Positions 26,662-34,149 of a stretch of 64,000 nucleotides of DNA are shown piece after piece. Under the pieces are notes generated by a model. It ran no database searches. It saw only the letters and a list, made by a program, of their open reading frames with translations, and was not told the origin of the DNA. The DNA is from an uncultured bacterium (GTDB taxonomy: Bacteria > Patescibacteriota > Gracilibacteria > UM-FILTER-43-11), in contig CBDUQS010000001.1 of the NCBI GenBank assembly GCA_965369815.1, positions 4,108-68,107 of the forward strand, written 5' to 3'. Position 1 is the stretch's first letter, and the number at the start of each line of letters is the position of its first letter. Both the position numbers and the translations under genes were made by a program.

Positions 26662-28434
26662 TTAGTCTTTTATATTAATAGTTTTAACATTGGCTTCTGC
26701 CACTTGATTTTCTGGCATTTCAGAAGGAGCGCCAAGGGTGAGATCTTTCGCTTTCTGATCTTTTGGAAAGGCGATCACTTCGCGGATATTCGGTTCACCG
26801 GCAAACAACATCACCAATCGGTCCAATCCCCAGGCAATTCCGCCATGAGGAGGAGCGCCATAGCTGAAAGCTTCGAGCATATGTCCAAAGCGCATTTCAG
26901 CATCTTCGGGGGTGATTCTTAAGATTTCAAAGATCTGTTCTTGAAGTTTTTTCTCGTGGATACGAATACTTCCTCCGCCAATTTCATTGCCGTTTAAAAC
27001 CACGTCGTAGGCAATCGCACGAGCTTGAACAGGGTCGTTATCTAGCACTTCTCGGTCTTCATCCATCGGGCGAGTGAAAGGGTGATGCATGGCACCAATC
27101 TGCCCGGTTTCTTTCTCAAATTCAAACATGGGGAATTCATTCACCCAGCAGTAGGCAAAGACATTTTCATCCATCAGTTCAAGTTTCTTCCCGCAAGCCA
27201 ATCGAACCTGCCCCAGTGCCTCGCAAGCCGTGTTGAATTGGTCGGCACCGAAGAAGACAATGTCACCTGTTTTAGCCCCTGTTGCTTCAGTAATTTTTTC
27301 GACAATCTCATCGCTTAAAAACTTAAGAATAGGAGATTTAATCCCTTCTTCTTTGTAGACGAAGTAAGCAAGTCCTTTCGCACCGTAAATTTTAGCCACC
27401 TCTTCTAATTTATCAATTTCACTTCGTGTCCAGTCAGCCGCTCCTTCTACGCGTAATGCCTTTACAACACCACCCGATTCCACCACTCCAGAGAATACTT
27501 TGAAATCGCAATGAGCCACTAAATCCGAAACATCAATTATCTCCATTTCAAAGCGAACATCAGGCTTATCAGAACCAAATCGGCTCATAGCTTCATGCCA
27601 AGAGTAAATAGGGAAAGGAGTTTCTTGAATCTTCTTTTCAGGAACAAATTTTTTCGTCAATTGAATAAGTAGCCCCTCGTTGATTTTCATAATATCTTTC
27701 TCTTCCACGAACGACATTTCCACATCCAATTGAGTGAATTCAGGCTGTCGATCACCACGCTGATCCTCGTCGCGGAAGCAACGGGCGATTTGAAAGTACT
27801 TATCAAATCCTGCAATCATTAGCATTTGCTTTAACTGCTGAGGACTTTGTGGGAGCACAAAAAACTTTCCAGGATAAAGACGTGAAGGCACCATGTATTC
27901 ACGACTTCCCTCAGGGGTTCCTTTGATTAAAATTGGGGTTTCTATCTCAAGAAAATCATTTTCATCCATATAATCCCGAATCGTTTTAACCAACTTATGA
28001 CGAAGGATCATATTGTCTTTCATTCGATCATGACGCAGGTCGAGATATCGGTATTTTAAACGAAGCTCTTCGTTAACATTTTTTTCCTGATCGATTTCAA
28101 ACGGGGGAGTTTTAGATTCATTAAGAATCTCCATTTCATGGATATAAACCTCAACTTCACCTGTTTTTAAATTTTTATTAGCTTGTCCTTCCAGTCGTTT
28201 TCGCACTTCTCCAGTAACTTTAATAACATATTCAGAGCGCACTGAATTGGCAATTTTCCAAGCTGCTTCATTAACATTCGGATCAAAAACAATCTGGGTC
28301 AATCCGTAGCGATCTCGAAGATCGATAAAAATAATTCCTCCGTGGTCACGTCGGCGATGAACCCATCCGCTCAAAGTGCTAGTTTGACCTTCGTCAGAAA
28401 GTCGTAAGTCGTTACAAGTGTGTGTTCTGTACAT
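26662..28434 (-). CDS. aspS: aspartate--tRNA ligase (probably non-discriminating, given gatB)
   Basis: MYRTHTCNDLR...GWVHRRRDHGGIIFIDLRDRYG is the canonical N-terminus. 590 aa. Confidence 0.96.
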   Translation of the reverse strand: MYRTHTCNDLRLSDEGQTSTLSGWVHRRRDHGGIIFIDLRDRYGLTQIVFDPNVNEAAWKIANSVRSEYVIKVTGEVRKRLEGQANKNLKTGEVEVYIHEMEILNESKTPPFEIDQEKNVNEELRLKYRYLDLRHDRMKDNMILRHKLVKTIRDYMDENDFLEIETPILIKGTPEGSREYMVPSRLYPGKFFVLPQSPQQLKQMLMIAGFDKYFQIARCFRDEDQRGDRQPEFTQLDVEMSFVEEKDIMKINEGLLIQLTKKFVPEKKIQETPFPIYSWHEAMSRFGSDKPDVRFEMEIIDVSDLVAHCDFKVFSGVVESGGVVKALRVEGAADWTRSEIDKLEEVAKIYGAKGLAYFVYKEEGIKSPILKFLSDEIVEKITEATGAKTGDIVFFGADQFNTACEALGQVRLACGKKLELMDENVFAYCWVNEFPMFEFEKETGQIGAMHHPFTRPMDEDREVLDNDPVQARAIAYDVVLNGNEIGGGSIRIHEKKLQEQIFEILRITPEDAEMRFGHMLEAFSYGAPPHGGIAWGLDRLVMLFAGEPNIREVIAFPKDQKAKDLTLGAPSEMPENQVAEANVKTINIKD

Positions 28435-28514
28435 AATTTGTTAATTATTTCCGCTTTATTTTAGGGGAAAATTTTTGCATAAGCAATGTTGGAATAAACT
28501 AAAAACTAGATATT

Positions 28515-28546
28515 TTTTCGAATTTCGGATTTCGATATTCGATTTT
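28515..28546. repeat. ATTTCGR heptamer array (intergenic copy)
   Basis: ttttcgaatttcggatttcgatattcgatttt. Confidence 0.8.
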
Positions 28547-28559
28547 CCACGAAGTGGAT

Positions 28560-29222
28560 TTATTCCTTAACAGAAACCCCCAAAATAGCTTCAAGCTGAG
28601 AAGCCGTTAAAGGACCTTTTCTTAAAACATGAAGGTGATTTTTTTTAATCTCAAGTACTGTAGAAGCTTTGCCACTCCCTTCTAATCTCCCCTCAAAAAC
28701 CAAGTCAGGTTTAAATTCAGACTTTTTAAAATTCTTAATAACTTCATCGTGACTGAAGCACAAATCAGTTCCAGAACAATTAGCGCTAGTGGTAATAAGC
28801 GGTCCACCAAAAGAAAGTAAAATATCTTGAGTTTTGTCATGAAGTGGAACGCGGAGACCGACGGTATCCATATCAGGAAAGTAATGATGAGGGATCATTG
28901 GCCCCTTTGGCAAAATAAGAGTGACAGGACTTGGAAAAAGTTGCTTTGCCACAAAGCTACCAAAATCATCCAATTTTACGTACTGACGAATTTTCAATTG
29001 CTCGGGGACCGAAATCATAATGCTCATCGGTTTTTTATAATCCCTTCCTTTGATGAGCTGAATTTTTTCAACCACTTTTTCGTTCATTAAATCAGCTGCT
29101 AGTCCAAAACAGGTATCAGCAGGGTGCGCCACAACGCCACCTTTTTTCAGGATTTCAACAGCTTCTTTAAGTGTTTCCGAGTTGAATGGGAGGACTTTCA
29201 TAGGATTTGCAAAGAAATACAT
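28560..29222 (-). CDS. tsaC: L-threonylcarbamoyladenylate synthase (YrdC/TsaC type)
   Basis: ILKKGGVVAHPADTCFGLAAD and TSANCSG motifs. The true start may be the MKVLPF codon at 29201. Confidence 0.88.
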   Translation of the reverse strand: MYFFANPMKVLPFNSETLKEAVEILKKGGVVAHPADTCFGLAADLMNEKVVEKIQLIKGRDYKKPMSIMISVPEQLKIRQYVKLDDFGSFVAKQLFPSPVTLILPKGPMIPHHYFPDMDTVGLRVPLHDKTQDILLSFGGPLITTSANCSGTDLCFSHDEVIKNFKKSEFKPDLVFEGRLEGSGKASTVLEIKKNHLHVLRKGPLTASQLEAILGVSVKE

Positions 29223-29266
29223 AACCTTACGTTACGTTCTTTTTTTATTTTTTTCAAATTTTATCT

Positions 29267-29298
29267 TTAAAATACTAAGGTGAGCGATGGTGTTTGTC
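29267..29298. repeat. left arm of the ~30-bp inverted repeat
   Basis: ttaaaatactaaggtgagcgatggtgtttgtc, compared with the reverse complement of 29525-29554, ttaaaatactgaggtgagatggtgtttgtc. One mismatch and a 2-nt indel. Confidence 0.9.
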
Positions 29299-29366
29299 TG
29301 AAAAAGTACCTCGCCCGAAATTTCCTTTCTACTGGTCATAGTTGGATGAATATCAGAAAATACACA

Positions 29367-29501
29367 TCACAAGCTAGCTTTGGATTCATTCGGACATTCA
29401 ACCCCTTTGCGCCGAGCGATAATCGTCCGGACAACGAGCTGAATAATGCCGACCGCTACAAGAATAAATGGTAAAATGCTTACAAATGTTTCCCAAGTCA
29501 T
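29367..29501 (-). CDS. 44-aa hydrophobic peptide (type I toxin-like small membrane protein candidate)
   Basis: Hand translation gives MTWETFVSILPFILVAVGIIQLVVRTIIARRKGVECPNESKASL*. An SD-like aaagga lies 8-9 nt upstream. The ORF is below the length cutoff of the ORF track. Confidence 0.5.
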   Translation of the reverse strand: MTWETFVSILPFILVAVGIIQLVVRTIIARRKGVECPNESKASL

Positions 29502-29524
29502 TGGCAGATCCTTTCATTTGGATG

Positions 29525-29554
29525 GACAAACACCATCTCACCTCAGTATTTTAA
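29525..29554. repeat. right arm of the ~30-bp inverted repeat
   Basis: gacaaacaccatctcacctcagtattttaa. Confidence 0.9.
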
Positions 29555-29578
29555 TACGTTAAAGAGCAACGGATTCCT

Positions 29579-29607
29579 ATTTTATACAGACTACCTCTAC
29601 CTGTCTA
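29579..29607 (-). promoter_or_regulatory. candidate minus-strand promoter (TAGACA-17-TAAAAT) for the small-peptide transcript
   Basis: On the reverse complement, tagaca at 29602-29607 and taaaat at 29579-29584. It sits back to back with the carB promoter. Confidence 0.45.
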
Positions 29608-29636
29608 TTGAAAATTAAAAAAAAATCCACTAAACT
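29608..29636 (+). promoter_or_regulatory. sigma70-type promoter (TTGAAA-17-TAAACT) for carB
   Basis: ttgaaa at 29608-29613 and taaact at 29631-29636. Confidence 0.5.
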
Positions 29637-29734
29637 GTTTTGGAAAATGATCAAAAAAATCAATCCACATTTCGATTCAGCCTTAATCTGTGACGAGCAG
29701 GAGAGGGCTTATTTTTTATAATTCAAATTCATTC

Positions 29735-32700
29735 ATGGCTAAAAAAGCAGCATACAAAAAAATTCTTTTACTCGGCTCTGGCGCTCTGAAGATTGGTGAA
29801 GCCGGGGAGTTCGATTATTCTGGTTCTCAGGCCATTAAGGCATTTAAAGAAGAGGGGATTAAGGTGGTGCTGATCAATCCGAATATTGCGACGAATCAAA
29901 CCAGCAAGGGGCTGGCCGACAAGATCTATTTCTTACCTGTTACACCGTATTTTGTAGAGCAAGTGATTAAAAAAGAAAAGCCCGACGCGATCGCACTCAG
30001 CTTCGGAGGTCAGACGGCGCTTAACTGTGGAGTGGAATTGTTTGAAAAAGGGATTCTTAGAAAATATAAACTTCATGTACTCGGAACACCCGTTAAATCC
30101 ATTCAGCTCACAGAAGATCGTGAATTATTTAAGCGTGCATTGAATGAGATTGGAATTGTCTCACCGCGTAGTGTTTCTTGTACAACCGCTGATCAAGTTA
30201 AAAAAGCATCAAAAAAAATTGGTTTTCCTATCATGATTCGTGCTGCTTTTGCACTAGGTGGGCTGGGTTCCGGCGTGGCGAAAAATGAAAAAGATTTGGA
30301 TGTGTTGGTTAAAAAAGCCTTCGCCACTTCGCCACAAGTACTTATCGAGGAATATTTAAAGGGTTGGAAGGAAATTGAATACGAAGTGGTGCGAGATTGC
30401 AAAGATAACTGTATTACCGTTTGTAATATGGAGAACTTCGATCCGCTCGGCATTCACACGGGGGAATCCATCGTCATTGCACCAAGTCAAACACTCAGCA
30501 ATCACGAATACCAAAAGCTCCGCAATATCGCCATAAAAGTTATCCGGCATCTCGGAATAGTGGGGGAGTGTAATATTCAATACGCCCTCGATCCTAAATC
30601 CGATGAATATCGTGTGATCGAAGTGAACGCTCGCTTATCTCGTTCGTCCGCGCTCGCTTCAAAGGCAACAGGTTATCCGCTAGCGTACGTGGCGGCCAAG
30701 TTGGGGCTGGGATACGCACTCACTGATCTTCGAAACGCCGTCACTCAAAAAACATCGGCTTGTTTTGAACCAGCACTCGATTATGTCGCCCTTAAAATTC
30801 CTCGATGGGATCTCAATAAATTCCGAAAAGTCAGTGAAGAAATCACGACGGAAATGAAATCAGTCGGAGAAGTAATGGCGCTCGGTCGTAACTTTGAAGA
30901 AGTAATTCAGAAAGGGCTTCGCATGATCCAAATTGGCGCGTACGGATTGGAGCCAGATATGTTTGAATTTAAAAATCTTCAGGAGGCGGTTGAGATTCCA
31001 ACACCCAAGCGCATATTCGCAATCGCTCAAGCGGTTGATAAGGGATACAGCATTGAAAAGCTTCATAAGCTCACAGACATTGATCCATGGTTTTTAAATA
31101 AGATCAAAAACATCCGATCCATCGCTAAAAAAGTGAAAGCGAAAAAAGCGGTTACAAATATTTCCGAAGATTTGATGCGCGAAACCAAGAAAGCTGGCTT
31201 CTCCGATAAACAAATTGCTCGCTTATTTAAGGGGGACGAAATGAAGGTGCGTGATTATCGAAAAAAGCTCGGCGTCCTGCCGGTTGTTAAGCAAATCGAT
31301 ACGTTGGCTGCTGAATTCCCCGCTAAAACCAATTACCTGTATCTCACCTATCATGGCGATAAAAATGATATCTCCTTCGAAAAATCGAAAATCGAAACTC
31401 GAAAATCGAAAAATTCTAAGTTCGAAGTTCGAAGTTCGAAGTTAAAAAAAGCCATTGTTATTGGCTCAGGCCCCTATTGTATCGGTTCATCCGTGGAGTT
31501 TGATTGGTGCTGTGTAAACGCCGTTAAAACGCTTCACAAGGAAGGTTATGAATCAATCATGATCAACTACAATCCAGAAACAGTGAGCACCGACTTTGAT
31601 GAATGCGATAAATTGTATTTCGATGAGTTGAGCTTGGAGCGCGTACTGGATATTTACGACAACGAAAAACCCAATGGAACCGTGGTCTCAATGGGAGGGC
31701 AGATTCCGAATAATTTAGCACTAAAACTCGATGCGGAAGGAGTGAAGATTATGGGGACATCGGTTAAAAATATCGATCGGGCGGAAAGCCGTGACAAGTT
31801 CTCCGCACTGCTCGACGACCTCAAGGTTGATCAACCAGAATGGAAGGCATTTAGTAAAATCGAGGACGCTTACAAATTCGCCGATAAAGTCGGCTATCCC
31901 GTATTGGTTCGCCCCAGTTACGTTTTATCAGGCGCAGCGATGCGTGTGGCTCATAATCACGAGGATCTGGAAGACTTTCTTGGTAAAGCAGTTCGTGTGA
32001 ATATCGAAGCTCCTGTGGTGATTTCTAAATTCATAGTGGGCGCACGGGAAATCGAAATGGACGCCGTCGCTTCGAAGGGAAAGGTTCTCATCTACGCGAT
32101 TGGTGAGCACGTGGAAGACGCGGGAGTTCACAGCGGAGATGCCACCATTGTATTACCCCCTCAACGAACGTATTTAGAAACCCTACGTCGGGTAAAAAAG
32201 ATAGGAAAGCAAATCGCAAAATCGCTCAATATCACAGGACCATTCAACATCCAATTTTTAGCGAAAGACAACAATATTAAAGTGATTGAATGTAACTTGC
32301 GCGCCAGTCGGTCTTTCCCATTTGTTTCAAAAGTTACCAAGTATAATTTCATCGATATCGCCACGAAGGCAATGGTAGGGAAGGTGGATAAAAACGCTCG
32401 TTATCAAACCGTCGATCTCGATTATGTAGGTGTTAAATTCCCTCAATTCAGCTTCCCACGCCTCAAGGGTGCCGATCCGGTTCTTGGAGTAGAGATGGCC
32501 AGTACGGGTGAAGTAGCTTGTTTCGGAAACGACTTCGAATCCGCTTTCTTAAAATCTTATTTGGCAGTGGGTTATAAGATTCCTAAAAAGAACATTTTAC
32601 TGTCAGTTGGAAAATTAGAGGACAAGATCAGTATGCTTTCTGCTGTGAAAAAATTAGAAGCGATGAAATACAACCTATTCGCCACTGAAGGAACAGCCAA

Positions 32701-32992
32701 ATATTTAAAAGAAAATGGAATCAAGGTGACTCATTTACACAAAGTTTCCGCCAAAAAGAGTCCGAATATTTCCGAATACGTAAAGGCAGGGAAGATCGAT
32801 TTATCTATCGTTATCCCAACCAAATACGCTCACGACGAACTCACCGATGGTTACACCATCCGCCGAATGGCCGTGGATCAGAGTATTCCGCTCGTTGCCA
32901 ACATTCAGTTCGCCAAAGCCCTGATTAATTCTATCGAGAAGTATAAGATAGAGGACTTGGAGTCAAAGTCTTGGGATGAATATAAAAACTAA
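29735..32992 (+). CDS. carB: carbamoyl-phosphate synthase large subunit
   Basis: MAKKAAYKKILLLGSGALKIGEAGEFDYSGSQA, and the second half KKAIVIGSGPYCIGSSVEFDWCCVNA. Two ATP-grasp halves plus an MGS-like C-terminus. The ATG at 29735 is preferred. No carA is adjacent. Confidence 0.96.
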   Translation: MAKKAAYKKILLLGSGALKIGEAGEFDYSGSQAIKAFKEEGIKVVLINPNIATNQTSKGLADKIYFLPVTPYFVEQVIKKEKPDAIALSFGGQTALNCGVELFEKGILRKYKLHVLGTPVKSIQLTEDRELFKRALNEIGIVSPRSVSCTTADQVKKASKKIGFPIMIRAAFALGGLGSGVAKNEKDLDVLVKKAFATSPQVLIEEYLKGWKEIEYEVVRDCKDNCITVCNMENFDPLGIHTGESIVIAPSQTLSNHEYQKLRNIAIKVIRHLGIVGECNIQYALDPKSDEYRVIEVNARLSRSSALASKATGYPLAYVAAKLGLGYALTDLRNAVTQKTSACFEPALDYVALKIPRWDLNKFRKVSEEITTEMKSVGEVMALGRNFEEVIQKGLRMIQIGAYGLEPDMFEFKNLQEAVEIPTPKRIFAIAQAVDKGYSIEKLHKLTDIDPWFLNKIKNIRSIAKKVKAKKAVTNISEDLMRETKKAGFSDKQIARLFKGDEMKVRDYRKKLGVLPVVKQIDTLAAEFPAKTNYLYLTYHGDKNDISFEKSKIETRKSKNSKFEVRSSKLKKAIVIGSGPYCIGSSVEFDWCCVNAVKTLHKEGYESIMINYNPETVSTDFDECDKLYFDELSLERVLDIYDNEKPNGTVVSMGGQIPNNLALKLDAEGVKIMGTSVKNIDRAESRDKFSALLDDLKVDQPEWKAFSKIEDAYKFADKVGYPVLVRPSYVLSGAAMRVAHNHEDLEDFLGKAVRVNIEAPVVISKFIVGAREIEMDAVASKGKVLIYAIGEHVEDAGVHSGDATIVLPPQRTYLETLRRVKKIGKQIAKSLNITGPFNIQFLAKDNNIKVIECNLRASRSFPFVSKVTKYNFIDIATKAMVGKVDKNARYQTVDLDYVGVKFPQFSFPRLKGADPVLGVEMASTGEVACFGNDFESAFLKSYLAVGYKIPKKNILLSVGKLEDKISMLSAVKKLEAMKYNLFATEGTAKYLKENGIKVTHLHKVSAKKSPNISEYVKAGKIDLSIVIPTKYAHDELTDGYTIRRMAVDQSIPLVANIQFAKALINSIEKYKIEDLESKSWDEYKN
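31377..31443 (+). repeat. heptamer/octamer tandem arrays inside carB, (tcgaaaa)n then (ttcgaag)3
   Basis: ttcgaaaaatcgaaaatcgaaactcgaaaatcgaaaaattctaagttcgaagttcgaagttcgaagtt encodes FEKSKIETRKSKNSKFEVRSSKL in the inter-half linker. Confidence 0.9.
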
Positions 32993-33051
32993 TTAAGAGT
33001 TAAAAGTGAAGAGTTAAAAAGCTCTTAATTATTAATTCTTAACTTTTAACT

Positions 33052-33111
33052 TTACGAAAGTAGCTCCTTAACCACCTTATTTACCAATCCACCATTAGTT
33101 TGGCCTTTTTT
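33052..33111 (-). pseudogene. relic 3' fragment of a GatB/YqeY-domain gene (19 codons + stop)
   Basis: The reverse complement reads aaa aaa ggc caa act aat ggt gga ttg gta aat aag gtg gtt aag gag cta ctt tcg taa, which translates as KKGQTNGGLVNKVVKELLS*. The intact gene at 54838 ends LKGQADGGLVNKVVKELLS*. An in-frame stop lies immediately 5' of the relic. Confidence 0.75.
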
Positions 33112-33120
33112 GTGTTAACC

Positions 33121-33149
33121 TTGACAAATTTTAAAAAATAGCTCAGTAT
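33121..33149 (+). promoter_or_regulatory. candidate promoter (TTGACA-17-CAGTAT) at the head of the pilus/cell-wall block
   Basis: ttgacaaattttaaaaaatagctcagtat shares aaaaaatagct with the promoter at 1913. Confidence 0.45.
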
Positions 33150-33191
33150 AGCAACCTTGTCTTCCCGGACATATCTAATATTCCTTATTTA

Positions 33192-34133
33192 ATGAAGAAA
33201 TTGTCTCTTAATCTTCTGCAAGGTGTCCGAAAAGCCGATACATCGGAAAGCAAGTTGTTTAAAAAAATCATTAGCTTGGTATTAGGCTTTTTACTGGCCA
33301 GTCCCTTTTTGGCGAATTATCAGATTATAAAGAGCGACTCTTTTCATGAGGAAATTTTACCTCAAGAAGACATTAATCTGATTCATGAGAGAAGTGAAAC
33401 AATAATATATGCCGTTCAACCAGGGGATACACTTTCATCGGTTGCCAAAAGTTTTAATCTAAAAAAAGAAAGCCTGATGGTTGAGAATGATTTATGGAAT
33501 CCCAACCGATTACGAGCAGGGATGGAAATTAAAATTCTTCCAGTAGATGGCCTATCTCATATAGTTAAAAAGGGTGAGAATCTAGAGAAAATTGCCAAGA
33601 GATATGAAATAGATAAAGAGAAAATAATTGAGCAAAATAATCTGGAGGGTGAGAGTTTGGCTGTGGGGGTATCTTTGATTATTCCAGAGGCTAGATGGGA
33701 GATTCCAGTTTATACCACTATATCCGCACCCGTTGCGCCGATTGGAAAGTACACAGGTAGTGCAACAGGTCGCTTACTTCGGCCTGCTAAGGGTGAGATT
33801 ACACAGGGCTATCGTCGCGGACATGCAGCTATAGATATTGCTACTCGTGCCAAAGGCCCTATTTATTCTGCTGCAAGTGGTAAGGTGATCAAGGCTCAGA
33901 GCGGATGGAACGGAGGGTATGGAAATATGATCATTATTGATCATGGGAATGGTATGCAAACCCTTTATGGTCATAATGAAAAACTTTATGTCACAGTAGG
34001 TCAACAGGTGGAGCAGGGGCAAACGATTGCGTGGATGGGAAACAGTGGCCGTGTGTATGGTCCAACTGGTATTCACCTACACTTTGAGGTGCGCATTAGG
34101 GGGATAAAATATAACCCAATAAATTTCTTTTAA
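33192..34133 (+). CDS. LysM-domain M23 family metallopeptidase
   Basis: Two LysM repeats (YAVQPGDTLSSVAKSF, HIVKKGENLEKIAKRY). M23 motifs HAAIDIA, IIDHGNGMQTLYGH and GIHLHFEV. Confidence 0.9.
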   Translation: MKKLSLNLLQGVRKADTSESKLFKKIISLVLGFLLASPFLANYQIIKSDSFHEEILPQEDINLIHERSETIIYAVQPGDTLSSVAKSFNLKKESLMVENDLWNPNRLRAGMEIKILPVDGLSHIVKKGENLEKIAKRYEIDKEKIIEQNNLEGESLAVGVSLIIPEARWEIPVYTTISAPVAPIGKYTGSATGRLLRPAKGEITQGYRRGHAAIDIATRAKGPIYSAASGKVIKAQSGWNGGYGNMIIIDHGNGMQTLYGHNEKLYVTVGQQVEQGQTIAWMGNSGRVYGPTGIHLHFEVRIRGIKYNPINFF

Positions 34134-34149
34134 TTTCTTTTATTTCTAG

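Noticed and set aside
29280-29474. The 64-aa plus-strand ORF from the ORF track.
   Set aside because: It is antisense to the better-supported 44-aa hydrophobic peptide ORF. It has no start context and a low-complexity or odd composition. It is treated as a shadow ORF.
33001-33050. Short tandem or palindromic words immediately after stop codons: gttaaaag/cttttaac after carB, ccttaat x3 at 63240-63268 after the M16 peptidase gene, and agatctaa x2 at 9186-9203.
   Set aside because: Each is very short and is compatible with ordinary terminator or spacer hairpins. Unlike the ATTTCGR family, I could not show recurrence at multiple loci.
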